NCBI RefSeq assembly: GCF_006345805.1
Contig: NC_043002.1
Location: 78,802,001 to 78,866,000 of the forward strand
Direction: 5' to 3'
Source: Octopus sinensis
Taxonomy: Eukaryota
Length of the DNA: 64,000 nt
Position numbers and translations under genes: made by a program
Shown: positions 1 through 12,272 of the stretch, piece after piece
How the letters are laid out: every line of letters starts with the position of its first letter
How positions within the stretch are numbered: the first letter of the stretch is position 1
Notes under the pieces: model-generated
The model's database searches: none
What the model was told of the DNA's origin: nothing
What the model saw: the letters and a program-made list of their open reading frames with translations, nothing else

Positions 1-114
1 AATTAGAAGGAATTGGTTTGACGGAAAACATTTTATGCATATCTATGCACATCAGCCTATGTGAAAATATTTGTGTATATGTATGTTTATATGCATATAT
101 ATATATATATATAT

Positions 115-115
<1 letters not shown>

Positions 116-146
<31 letters not shown>

Positions 147-392
147 TTAATGTCTGCTTTCCATGCTAGCATGGATTGGACGAATGACTGAGGGCTGGCG
201 AACCAGATGGCTGCACCAGGCTTCAATCTTGATCTGACGGAGTTTCTACAGCTGGATGCCCTTCCTAACGCCAACCACTCCGAGAGTGTAGTGGGTGCTT
301 TATACATGCCACCGGCACGGGGCCAGTCAGGCAGTACTGGCAACGACCTCGCTCGAGTCTTTTACACATGCCACCGGCACAGGTGCCAGTAA
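116..392 (-). mobile_element. RTE-type 3' UTR fragment with (GAT)n tail
   Basis: Matches 19560-19766 in reverse. Confidence 0.8.
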
Positions 393-397
393 GGCGA

Positions 398-574
<177 letters not shown>

Positions 575-575
575 T

Positions 576-878
576 TGTTGTTGTTTGTTCCTACTTCAGC
601 CATGCCTGGCTCATAAGTTTCCGGTTTCCTTGGTATATATGTTCTCCACCTGGACGGGACGCTGGTCCATCGCAGGTGAGCTGCAAGATGCAGGAGGAAA
701 AAGTGAGAGAAAGTTGTGGCGAATGAGTCAGCAGAAGTTTGCCATTATCTTCTGCCTGAGCCATGTTCGAGTTTAGGTGTTTCGCTCATAAACATACACT
801 TCAGCCGGTCTGAGATATGAACCCGCGATCCTTCAACCGCAAGTCCGCTGCTCTAAACACTAGGCCATGTGCCTCCAC
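576..878 (-). mobile_element. tRNA-derived SINE, distinct family
   Basis: Minus-strand head TGGCCTAGTGTTTAGAGCAGCGG...GGGTTCATATC; (AAC)n tail. Confidence 0.65.
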
Positions 879-2019
879 ATATAGCTATATATATATATAT
901 ATATATATAGATAGATATATACATATATATATACAGAGCACCACTACATTCACCCAGTGCCCCCAACTGCCATCTCTGCCTCCATGAAATATCCTCCAAT
1001 AACGCACAGTATCCATCAACAAGAGGTATGATTTGTCATATTGCTGTCACCAGAAAAATGCCGTTCTGACAAATTTCAGACCTCTGACCGCTGACAACCC
1101 GGATATATCACCTTAGCACCAGCTGCTACTTTGCACTGCCTGCACCAAGGTTACTGCTACCAACCAACTCCATGAGCTGGATCGCCATTTCCTAATTTCC
1201 AATGTTTACCAACCCCTAACACATACTAACCCCCAACACTTACCAATTCCCAACACTTGTTTTACACATGTACACTTGTGTATGCATGCATGCAAATGCA
1301 CATGTGCACCTGCATGTGTGTGTGCACACACACTCGTATCCATGTGTATGTATTATTTGACTTTTCACCATAAAAGGAAGATAGGGCTGGAAAGAAAATG
1401 CCTGACTGTGAAAACGTTTGAAAATCGATGGAAGAATGTAGCAGGGATGTTGTGAGTGAATGTAACCTCATGAATGCAACGCAGGACATATCTCAGGTAT
1501 CAGTGGCGAGGCAGGGCTCGTGGGGTTCAAATTGAACCCGCCTTCCCACTCCATCCGTAATGTCTTCCGGTCTGTCCTACCATTCGATTTATTTATATTT
1601 TTGTGAATTTTTAATGTCATCTTTATGTTATATCCATCTGTCCATCTGATCCCAATCAGATTGCATTGTCCCTTATCTATGTTGTCCCCTTGTGGGAAAT
1701 TTTAAAAAATCACTCGTATGCAAACAAATATACATATGTACATCTGAATGACTTCGCATGTGTGTGTTTGTATGTGTGTGCATGTGTGCATATGCATGTG
1801 TGTGCATGTGCATGTGTGTGTGTGTGCATGTGTGTATGTTCATCCATGTGTGTGTGTGTGTGCAGACATGCATGTGCACATATACAGATGCATGCACTCG
1901 CATCAATATACACATGCATGCAAGACTATATAAGTGCATCTGCTCACCCACTATACTGGCACATACTGCTCCTTCCTACTTCCACCCCAACAACCTGACC
2001 GACTTCTGGTCTATTCCCT

Positions 2020-2152
2020 GTCCTCAACAAATACTTCAATCCATAAACACTTGCAGAAGTGCCAGATCCAGGACTTTACAGTATCCATCAAGACCACTAA
2101 ATATAATATAGGTAACCTTCAAATCAAGGAGACCAATCTTATTAACAAGCTG
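2020..2152 (+). pseudogene. Penelope-like GIY-YIG remnant
   Basis: STNTSIHKHLQKCQIQDFTVSIKTTKYNIGNLQIKETNLINKL resembles the S-x-I-x-x-H-L...F-x-V-x-I...L-x-I-K-E-x-x-x-I pattern of PLE endonucleases. Confidence 0.5.
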
Positions 2153-3345
2153 GTGTCAACAGAAAAGAACTATATGAAGCAGAATGATTATTATAACAAC
2201 ATCAGTCAGTTCAAGCCACTACCCTCTTTTACATATCTGAGCAATAATTTATTTCATCTCACATTTCTTCACATGTCCAGAATATCAAAATACAAGGTAA
2301 AACTTCAACTGTTGTTCTGTCTTCGTATTTGTAGTTCACTTTGTGTCTCATTTTGCCTTGTTTTGATCTTATCAAATTTTTATCTACTGTAACAGCATAT
2401 AATTCTTCATTCAAACTATTTTATTCAAATACATATTAGTACACACATACACACACACACACACATACTTATATATATTTTTGTGGTGTGCATATGAATT
2501 GTTATAGATAAGATTGAAGAAAATTAAGAAAAGAATTATAAAAAATAATACCAAAAGAAATTATGGAAAAATATATAAAGAAATAGGTAAAAGAAAAGCA
2601 ATAAAGATAGGTGTGGCTAAATGAAAAGAAAGCAATCAAAGGTAATACTTTAATTTTATTAATTATAATACATTTGTTTGTTTATCAAATTGCTAAAAAC
2701 AGTTCAACATAGAAGTTAGGATTGGGAGATGATCAGTATTTTAGAAGAAAATATAATGAATAGTATGAAACAATAATAACGAAAAAAAATTTTTAAGAGA
2801 AAATATAGAAAATGGTAAAAAATATAAAACATTCTTATGAAATTATTTTATTTTTAAATGTATAAAAATAAAGTAGCACTGACAATAAAATTGAAAGTTT
2901 AATTTAATAAACAACTCCCTTTAATATAATGAAAAAATTCATTACTATTCTAATCATCGTCATCATCACCATCACCACCATCATTATCGTTGTCATCGTC
3001 ATCATCATCATCATCAGCAGCAGCAGCAGTATTATGATAATTATTCATTTCATTTTCTGGTGATGGTGGGGCAGTTAACAATATAATCATTTTAACGTTG
3101 TCATTTCATTAAAGTTTTATTTCTCTTTTCCTATATCTTTGATGGATACATTTCAAACACTAAAATATAATATCTGTGTATCATCCATACATGATGTAAC
3201 CCCCTTGTTGTGTCTTGCATGTTGTTTTCCTGTGTATTCCACCTTTGTACTGTCTCCATTGTCTTACTCTATCCAACCCATACTTGTTGCACAGCTCTCA
3301 ATGAATCATTGTTGTGATATTATCATATCTTCCTATAAATATATA

Positions 3346-3743
3346 TCTTTATATATAAAAGTGAGGTTGTGTGCTGTCTGTCTCCTACGATTTAGATTCC
3401 TAACTACTCGCACATTTTGCAGTGCAGTTTAACCAAAACCGGGTATCATATAGTCGTGATTCATATCGAGCCCTTCTGGGTATTAGCACGCGTCTACGAT
3501 GAGTCTATGATTTAAAAAAAAAAATTACCATCAATTTTTCCCATTTTTAATGCATTTTTGGCATATACAAGGGAAGTAACTCTCTAAAAATTTATTATTA
3601 AATCTCAGAACGTAAAAAGCTACAGTAACACCCCCCCCTTTGTGGTTAGCCATATTGAGATGGCTATTATACTTTACATCTCTAAAAATGCTTATATAGT
3701 TATTTCCCTTACAAACCTGAGCAACACCGGGTGACACTGCTAG
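3346..3743 (+). mobile_element. Non-autonomous Helitron
   Basis: A|TC start (TCTTTATATATAAAA), subterminal GC hairpin remnant (CCTGAGCAACACCGGG), CTAG|T end, no TSD. Confidence 0.75.
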
Positions 3744-3761
3744 TATATATATATATAAAGT

Positions 3762-4010
3762 AAATAAGTAACAAGGATGTTGAGATATTAGTGCATTACG
3801 GCCGTTTCAGGTGGCTCCATTTAAGCAAACGATGCAGGCATTACATCAATTTGAAATACACTGCCTGAAACAGCTGTAATGCACTAATACCTTGACATCC
3901 TTGTTACTTATTTGCTTTTTATTCACCTTACTTCAAGCTGTGCAGATAATACCGGACTGACTTGGTGCCTCAACTTAAATACCTAATTCAACTGAATCTT
4001 AATTATTTCT

Positions 4011-4011
<1 letters not shown>
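3762..4011. mobile_element. Fold-back element in TA microsatellite; related copies at 9551-9772 and 41279-41367
   Basis: Arms of about 50 bp form a hairpin over 3762-3913, with a roughly 100-nt extension on the right. Contains GAAAC-GGCC-GTA / GAAAC-AGCT-GTA, resembling a hammerhead 3' half. Confidence 0.65.
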
Positions 4012-4043
<32 letters not shown>

Positions 4044-4182
4044 ATATATTTGGCCAGACTTTGTGCACTCATTCACAATATACCAGACGCTTACACCTTT
4101 ATCACTACACAATCTGCACTGATCACCTTTTGATTTGTTGTCAATTCTGCATTAAGTGTAACTTGCTCTAAGTGCTTATTAT

Positions 4183-4539
4183 TTATTACCTTCGTCTTAG
4201 CAAAGGCAGAGGTATTGTTTTCAGTTGTGTTTGTTTGTTTGTTTGTCCATGGACAAGATATCTCAAGAACCGCCAGATGGATTTGGATGAAACTTTCAGG
4301 GATGTTTGGCCTCATGACTGGCACAAACTGACTAGATTTTGGGATCGATCCAGTACCAGACAAGAATTCTGGGTTATTTTTCTGTTTTTTTTTACATAAT
4401 TTTTGAGAGCGGTCGGGTTCATTTTTAATATTCTTGTTTGTGAGAGCAGTCGAGTTTATTTCAGATATTCTCTGGTTAATCATTGAGAGAACATTGGTAT
4501 TGCCTTGGTGAAGGTTTGTGCTCTCTGAGTGCTCTTGTT
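4183..4539 (+). mobile_element. Helentron/HINE (DINE-1-like) non-autonomous element
   Basis: TTATTACCTTCG start, subterminal inverted repeat (ACCTTCG.. / GGTGAAGGT), (GTTT)n tract, 3' hairpin GTGCTCTCTGAGTGC. Second copy at 16786-17158. Confidence 0.7.
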
Positions 4540-4601
4540 CTTTTTATTTTAGGTTTTGCTGTAACTCCTGGAATCTTGCATGCCTATGCTATTAGTTCTT
4601 T

Positions 4602-4740
4602 TCAACTATCTAATACTTTCCTGATTATTCTGGCCGTGCCAAGGAGACAAACTTTTTGTAACAGATCTACTGGGTATTCTATTCTGATTTCCTTTATACT
4701 CCACTTGACACTTCTCATATTGTCCCCATGGAACCAACAA
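4602..4740 (-). pseudogene. R4/Dong-like LINE C-terminal remnant (restriction-like endonuclease end)
   Basis: GSMGTI...IKEIRIEYPVDLLQKVCLLGTARIIRKVLDS*. Confidence 0.65.
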
Positions 4741-4816
4741 TAATTGGCACTATCTTCACCTTCTTCATTTTTTCATAGCTGGGTTATTTCATACTTAGGA
4801 GGATTGCATACATATC

Positions 4817-4852
<36 letters not shown>

Positions 4853-4941
4853 CATTATTATCATTATTATCATCATCATCACCATCATCACCATCATCAT
4901 CACCGTCGTCGTCGTCGTCATCGTCGTTGATGTTGTTGTTG

Positions 4942-4985
<44 letters not shown>
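4817..4985. repeat. Compound trinucleotide microsatellite (TAT/CAT/CGT/TGT/TAT)
   Basis: Seen directly. Confidence 0.95.
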
Positions 4986-4987
<2 letters not shown>

Positions 4988-6150
4988 AGTGGTGAGCTGG
5001 CTGAATCGTTAGCACACCAAGCAAAATGCTTAGTGAGCATTTCATCCATTGTTATGTTCTGAATTCAAAATCCACCAAGGTTGACTTTGCCTTTCATCCT
5101 TTTGGGGTCAATAAATTAAGTACCATTGAAACATTGGGGTCAATGTAATCAACTAGTCTCCTCCCCCAAATTTCAGGCCTTGTGCCTATAGTAGAAAGGA
5201 TTATTATTATTATTCTTATAAAGGTGGCAAGCTGGCAAAATCATTAACATGCTACATAAAATGCTTAGCAGTATTTCGCTCATCTTTATGTTCAGAGTTC
5301 AAAATTCTTTTGAGGTCAACTTTGCCTTTCAACTTTTCAAGGTCAATAAAATAAGTGCCAGTTGAATGCTGGGGTTGATATAATTGACTTACCCCCCCCC
5401 CATAACTGGCCTTGTGCCAAAATTTGAAACTACAATTCTCTCCAGTTGAGCATCCCTAATCTTGCAGGCTCATAGGTGTTGGTGGCACATAAAAAGCACC
5501 CATGCTGATGCTGTGTAAAAGCACCCAGTACACACTGTAAAGTTGTTGGTGTTAGGAAGGGCATCCAGCCATAGAAACCATGCCATATCAGACAAGGAGC
5601 CTAAACAGCCCTTCAACTGTTTGGCTCCTGTCAAATCATTCAACCCATGCTGGCATGGAAAATGGATGTTAAATGATGATGATGATGATGATGATGTGTC
5701 AAGATGGCAGAATCATTAGCATGTTAGACAAAATGCCTAGTGGCATTTCTTCTGGTTTTATGTTCTGAGTTCAAATTCTGCCAAGCTCAACATTACCTTT
5801 CACCCTTTAAGGGTTAATGAAATAAAAACCTATTGAGCACTGTGGATTGATGTAATCAACAAGCCTCCTCTCTCAAAATTTCAAGACTTCTGCCTAGAGT
5901 AGAAAAGATTACTATAATAATAAAACTGGCCAGCTGGCAGAATCATTAGCATGCCAGACAAAATGCTTGGTGGAATTTCTTCTAGTTTTACATTTTGAGT
6001 TCAAATTCCAATGAGGTCGACTTTGTCATTATCTTTTTGTGGGTTGATAAAATAAGTACCAGTCAAGTTTTGGGGTCAATGAAATCAACTTACCCACATC
6101 CCACTAAAGTTTAGGCTTTGTATCTATTGTAGAAAAAAATTATTATTATT
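4986..6150 (+). mobile_element. Four tandem copies of SINE family A (about 4986-5212, 5221-5430, 5701-5912, 5922-6150)
   Basis: Head AAGGYGGYGAGCTGGCAGAATCRTTAGC, B-box-like GAGTTCAAATTC, body GACTTTGCCTTTCATCCTTT...AAGTACCAG, (ATT)n tails. Confidence 0.85.
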
Positions 6151-6159
6151 ATTATAATT

Positions 6160-6545
6160 CAGTAGCCTTTCTTTTATTGCATAGTTCTGCTAAGCTCAGT
6201 TCTGTATGCCTTAGATATATAGTTTTTTCGTTTGTTTTGGTTTTTTTGTTTCTACGGTATTGAAAGTACTCTATGCAATATTTGTGTAATACCTGTTGGT
6301 GCTACTTTTCATATGTTACCCATATTCCTAAGTCTTGTAGTTTTGGTTATGCATTTGTCTTCATTCCCAAAGTAGCAATTATTATTGAGATTGTTTCTGC
6401 TTTCATCACCCTCAACACACATCCAAGTTATATCTATTTCTAGATCTTTATATTAGGATAATTTCTCTGTCTCTATGAAAAACACATTATCATATATTAG
6501 GATTGGTACTTCAATTAGGAGGTGCATTCTTTCCTGGTTATTCTT
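6160..6545 (-). pseudogene. R4/Dong-like LINE C-terminal remnant ending at (TAA)n
   Basis: LLIEVPILIYDNVFFIETEKLS*YKDLEIDITWM...AETISIIIATLGM...KVAPTGITQILHRVLSIP*. Confidence 0.7.
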
Positions 6546-6777
6546 ACAGCAATTATTAATGTTATTTACTTTTTTTAATCTCAAAATGCTTTTATCACAA
6601 TCACAATTACAGTTTTGAAATATATCCTTCATATTTAAGAGGAAGTAGAATAAAAATGGAGCGGTTCAAAAAACTATTTCATTGTAGGTTTTCTCTAACA
6701 GATGGAGTTTCAATGAAGTTACTTGATCTGCAAGAAATAACAGTTGAATCTCTCAAATATCATAGGCACAGGCATGG

Positions 6778-7095
6778 CTAAAATGCTACTAAGCATTTAA
6801 GCATTTAGTCTGGCATACTAGCAATTCTGCCAGCTCACCAGCTTTAATAATAATCCTTTCTACTATAGGTACAAGGCCTGAATTTTTTTGCAGTGGGGGA
6901 TGGGGTAAGTGGGGAGGATGGGGTGATAGTTGATTACACCAACCCCCGTATGCAACCGGTACTTATTTTATCAACCCCAAAAGGATGAAAGGCAAAGTCG
7001 ACTTCGGCGGAATTTGAACTCAGAACATGAAAACAGATGAAATACCAGTAAGCGTTTCACCCGGTGTGCTAACAATTCTGCCAGCTAGCCATGTT

Positions 7096-7166
<71 letters not shown>

Positions 7167-7631
7167 CCTTTCTACTGGAGGCAGAAGACCTCAAATTTGT
7201 GGGGAGGGGACTTGTTGATTACATCGACCCCCAGTGTTTCACTGGCACTTAATTTATTGACCCTGAAAAGATAAAACGCAAAATTGACCTTAGCAGAATT
7301 TGAACTCAAAACATGAAGACGGATGAAATGCTGCAAAGCAGTTTGCCCAGCATGCTAACGATTCTGTCAGCTTACTGCCTTAATAAAAATAGTAACAATA
7401 ATAATCCTTTCTAGAAAAGGCACAAGGCCTGGAATTTGAGGGGAGGGAGATAGTTGATCACATCAACCCAGTGCTCAACTGATATTTATTTCATTGAGCC
7501 TGAAAGGATGAAAGGCAAAGTCAACTTCAGCGGTATTTGAACTGAGAATGTAGCAGCAGACAAAATACCGCTAAGCATTTTGACCAGCATACTAACAATT
7601 CTGCCAGCTTGCTGCCTTAATAATAATAATG

Positions 7632-7696
<65 letters not shown>

Positions 7697-7986
7697 TGGC
7701 ACCTGAACAAAACATTTGAGCGAGGTCGTTGCCCGTGCCGCTGGACAGACTCCTGTGCAGGTGGCACGTAAAAAAACACCATTTGAGCATGGCCGTTGCC
7801 AGTGCCACCAGACTGGCCCTTGTGCCGGTGGCACGTAAAAGCACCCACTACACTCTCAGAGTGGTTTGCGTTAGGAAGGGCATCTAGCTGTAGAAACTCT
7901 GCCAGATCAGACTGGAGCCTGGTGCAGCCATCTGGTTCGTCAGTCAAATCGTTCAACCCATGCTAGCATGGAAAGCGGACATTAAA

Positions 7987-8018
<32 letters not shown>

Positions 8019-8228
8019 TTCAAGTTATGGCACCAGGCCAGCTGTGTTGGAGGAGAGGTAAGTCAAATACATCGATCCCAGTGTTCAACTGGTACTTATT
8101 TTATCAACCCCAAAAGGATGAAAGGCAAAGTCAACCTCAGTGGAATCTGAACTCAGAATGTAAGAATAGATGAAATACTTTTAAGCATTTTGCCCACCGT
8201 ACTAACAATTCTGCCAGCTCACCACCTT
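6778..8228 (-). mobile_element. Five copies of SINE family A (about 6778-6845 partial, 6846-7090, 7164-7381, 7403-7618, 8018-8228) separated by (AAT)n
   Basis: Reverse complements of the above. Other copies at 9297-9398, 36779-36995, 45847-46055, 46141-46340 and 57218-57312. Confidence 0.85.
7697..7990 (+). mobile_element. RTE-type 3' UTR fragment inserted in (AAT)n
   Basis: Same 3' UTR family. Further copies at about 5470-5695, 23920-24340, 28470-28870, 32473-32785, 41600-41832 and 43024-43445. Confidence 0.8.
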
Positions 8229-8299
8229 AATAATAATAATAATAATAACAAGGCAACACCAACGTCTTCTCAATGAAAATGACCAGATTAGCAGCTTTA

Positions 8300-8640
8300 T
8301 TCTTTGTGGTTCCTGATGTGGCTTATTAGGTCAATTTTGTCATAAACTCCATGGTTACAGTGGGAGCACATAACTGTAGAAGCAGGACCTGATGGGAACT
8401 CTTACTTTCCATGTAAGTCTTCTCTCTTTAAGCTTCTCCGATCATTTCTGATTCTGAGTGCTGTACTGTGGAGTACTCAGCACTATGCCACAGAAAATGA
8501 TCTTGAGCAAGATATTCTGAAGTAGACCATCCTAAGTTATACTTTTTCAAGATTGTTCTGAGAATGTCTCTATATCTCCTCTTTGATCTATCATGCGAAC
8601 ATGTCCACCTAACTGCAATTGGAGTTTACTTAGGAAAACA
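8300..8640 (-). pseudogene. RTE/BovB-like LINE C-terminal remnant
   Basis: Minus-strand translation LQLQLGGHVRM...RRYRDILRTILKKYNLGWSTSEYLAQDHFLWH resembles QLRWAGHVxRM...KRYKD...LAQDRxxWR. Confidence 0.6.
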
Positions 8641-8685
8641 TTTGACATATTATCTCTCTCTTTCTATATATATATATATATATAT

Positions 8686-9545
8686 CATCATCATCATCGT
8701 TTAACGTCCGTTTTCCATGCTGGCATGGGTTGGACGGTTCGACTGGGGTCTGGGAAGCCAGGAGGCTGCACCAGGCTCCAGTCTGATTTGGCAGTGTTTC
8801 TACAGCTTGATGCCCTTCATAATGCCAACCACTCTGAGAGTGTAGTGGGTGCTTTTTACATGCCACTGGTACAGGGGCCAGAGGGGGTTGGCAGCGACCA
8901 CGATCGGTTGGTGCTTTTTACGTGCCACTAGCACAAGGATCATAACTACAATTTCCATTTGATTTTGGTTTTGATGTACTTGACTCAATAGGTCTCCTCA
9001 AGCACAGCATGTCACCCTATGATCCAAGGTACTTTTGAGTGGGCTGGTTATGCGACACTTGTGTAGGTTACAGCAGTAAACTCATTTTATTTGCCAGGTC
9101 TTCTCAGTCACAGCATATCTCCAGATGTCTCAGTCTTTTGTCATTGCCTCTGTGAGGCCCAATGTTCAAAGGTCATGCTTGACCACCTCATCCCATGTCT
9201 TCCTGGGTCTCTCTCTACCCCGGATTCCTTCCACTGTTTGGGAGTGGCACTTCTTCACACATCTCTCCTCATCCATCTGTAGTATATGACCATACCAAAG
9301 TCAACCTCGGTGGAATTTGAACTCAGAGAGTAACGACAGACGAAATACTGCTAAGCATTTCGCCCGGCATGCTTACGTTTCTGCCAGCTCACCGCCTTCT
9401 CTAAGAGTGCTTACACTCTGTCGTGTGTGCACACTGACATTATGCATCCAGCGGATCATGCTAGCTTCATTTCTTTTGAGCCTATGCATGTCTTCAGCAG
9501 TCACCTCCCATGTTTCACTGCCATGAAGCATGGCAGTTCACACAC
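8686..9545 (-). mobile_element. Same RTE-type LINE 3' fragment, interrupted by a SINE at 9297-9398
   Basis: Reverse-complement similarity to 18920-19766; (CAT)n at the left end. Confidence 0.85.
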
Positions 9546-9550
9546 ATATA

Positions 9551-9772
9551 GCAAATAAGTAACAAGGATGTCATGGTATTAGTGCATTACGGCCGTTTCA
9601 GGTGGCTCCATTTAATTGAACAATGCAAGCAATTACATCAATTTGAAATACAGCGCCATCTTCAGTTACTTATTTGCTTTTTATTCACCTTGCTTTGAGC
9701 CTTGCGGATAATACCAGGCTGGTGTGGTGCATCAATTTAAGTACCTTATCCAACTGAATATTAATTATTTCT
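9551..9772. mobile_element. Second copy of the 3762-4011 family, with most of the right arm deleted
   Basis: Colinear similarity with 3760-4011. Confidence 0.65.
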
Positions 9773-10086
9773 AATATATAATAGATCAGGATTCAAGTGT
9801 ATCATGCACTTAAATGGTAAGGCAGCAGATCAGGTTGAAAGGCAAAATGTGTACACAACAAAATAGAGGAATACATATGTGGGTGCCGAAATACAGGCAG
9901 AAAGATGTTCAGGTTAACTGTACCCAACTGGGTATTTCAATAGTACTGAAGCTAATCAAGAAATGCTTATTGTACTAAATGTACGGTCCTTAACATACTT
10001 TAGATCTACTCAAGGAGCAGGTTCTGAATGAGGTGAATAACAAATATAACAGATGGACAATGTGTCTATTAATATATATATATATT

Positions 10087-10419
10087 GAGACCCCCTTAGG
10101 TCATGAATGACTGTGGGATTGCAACCACAAAGTTACACTCCGAGGCACAAGTCCGGACAAGGTTGTTTATGGAAGACCAGCAGTTGCCCATGCATACCAG
10201 CTTCCCCTCTCCACGCCACTGATGATATCCAAAGGAAAGGCAAAGGCCAATACAGCTTGGCACCAGTGACGTCACAACTCATTTCTACAGCTGAGTGAAC
10301 TGGAGCAATGTAAAATAAAGTGTCTTGCTCAAGAACACAACACACTGTCCGGTCCGAGAATCGAACTTACAACCTCACAATCATAAGCTCAACGCTCTAA
10401 CCACTGAGCCATTTGCCTT
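10087..10419 (-). mobile_element. tRNA-derived SINE family C (copies at 16265-16600 on -, 49379-49930 on +; related head at 25020-25347)
   Basis: Minus-strand head TGGCTCAGTGGTTAGAGCG...GTTCGATTC; the copies are mutually similar. Confidence 0.8.
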
Positions 10420-10441
10420 CATGCACACACACACACACACA

Positions 10442-10516
<75 letters not shown>

Positions 10517-11173
10517 TCTAAGCTTTTATCTTGTTGAAGACTGTACACAACTGGAATATTGATCTGTGTGAGCTGATTGATATAAAGTTTTCTGTTGTTT
10601 AACTGGTATTCCAGGGCTTTGGCCATCCCATGTTTTTAAGCCTCTTGTTACAGAACTGACATCTAAAATATATTTGTTTTCATCTTCAAACAGTTAAATT
10701 GGTTTGGACAAGATTTCATTACCATTGCTAAGGTGTAATAGCAAAAATTAATAAATACAAACAAAAGAATTTCAGCATCCAATTTTGAATATTCATAATT
10801 TTATTGATGAAGAAAATTTAAGTAATCAAATATGAAGCAAATTTAGTAGAGCCTATTCTAAATCCTAACAAGAATTTTCAGACATTTAAAAATGCCACAA
10901 ATTGTAATATTAAAATTATAAATGAACTTCAAGAAAATATCCAAATAGAAATATAATAAAAATCAAAATGAATTTAAAAGCTTTCTATTTAATTGAAAGG
11001 TTATACTGTAAAATTAAGCAAATTTTGGGCCCATTGAAAGGAAAGTTCAAGTTGATAAAAAATGGCTTTACCAAGAATATGTAAATTGTTTCTGAAGCAT
11101 AAAAACTGAGCAGTTGTTTAGCCCATGTCATTTTTATGTCTCTCTCTCTCTCTCCATATAATATATATATATA

Positions 11174-11408
11174 CAGGGTAGCCCAAAAGTAGGTTTACAG
11201 TCATTTAACTATCTCTTTCACATTCATATATTAACAGTTTAGATCTTAATTATAAAAAAATGTGAAACCATTATTCTATGCTAATTTAGTTAATTTTGTC
11301 AAGCTCCCTTCTCAGTTTGTAAGATACAAATTTGAATGTAATAAAATGTTTTAAAAGAAATTTAAAGTACCTACATGATAACTGTAAACCTACTTTTGGG
11401 CCACCCTG
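11174..11408. mobile_element. Tc1/mariner MITE
   Basis: TA TSD; TIR of about 28 bp, CAGGGTRGCCCAAAAGTAGGTTTACAGT. Confidence 0.85.
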
Positions 11409-11670
11409 TATATATATATATACTCTTTTACTCTTTTACTTGTTTCAGTCATTTGTCTGTGGCCATACTGGAGCACCGCCTTTAGTCGAGCAAATCAACC
11501 CCAGGACTTATTCTTTGTAAGCCTTGTACTTATTCTATTGGTCTCTTTTGCCGAACTGCTAAGTTACAGGATCATAAACACATCAGCATCGGTTGTCAAG
11601 CGATGATGGGGTTGGGGAACAAACACAGACACAAACATACACACATACACACACATATATATATACATAT

Positions 11671-12272
11671 GAGACCATAACCTCGTGGCCTATGCCAGGG
11701 GTTTAACCAGCCCACTTATGCATACCTTTCCTTCATTGCACACTAAACTCTGCTTGTGAAGACCTGTTGAGGCAAGTGAAATTGAAATCAAAATAAATAT
11801 CAAATTCGATGACTGGCAACCGTGTTAGTGGAGCGCTAAGAGCACCATCTGAGTGTGATCATTGCCAGAGCAACAAACTGGCTTCAATGCCAGAGGCACG
11901 TAAAAAGCACCTTTCGAGTGTGATCGTTACCTGCGTCACCTTACTGGCACTTGGCTAGTGGCACATGAAAAAACATTCGAGCAAGGTTGTTACCAGTGCT
12001 GCTGGACTGGCTCCTATGCAGGTGGCACATAAAAAGCACCATTTGAGCGTGGCTGTTGCCAGTACCGCCTGACTGGCCCTCATGCCGGTGGCATGTAAAA
12101 GCACCCACCACACTCTCGGAGGGGTTGGCGTTATGAAGGGCATCCAGCTGTAGAAACTCTACCAGATCAGATTGGAGCCTGGTGCAGCCATCTGGTTCGC
12201 CAGACCTCAGTCAAATCGTCCAACCCATGCTAGCATGGAAAGCGGACGTTAAACAATGATGATGATGATGAT
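11671..12272 (+). mobile_element. RTE-type 3' UTR copy nested in the TA tract of a family B SINE
   Basis: SINE sequence resumes at 12273 (CGACGGGCTTCTTTCAG) after the (GAT)n tail. Confidence 0.8.

Noticed and set aside
9915-9970. Minus-strand TTGATTA...GAAA-TACCCA-GT-TGGGTA hammerhead-like segment
   Set aside because: Several core mismatches and no stem I.
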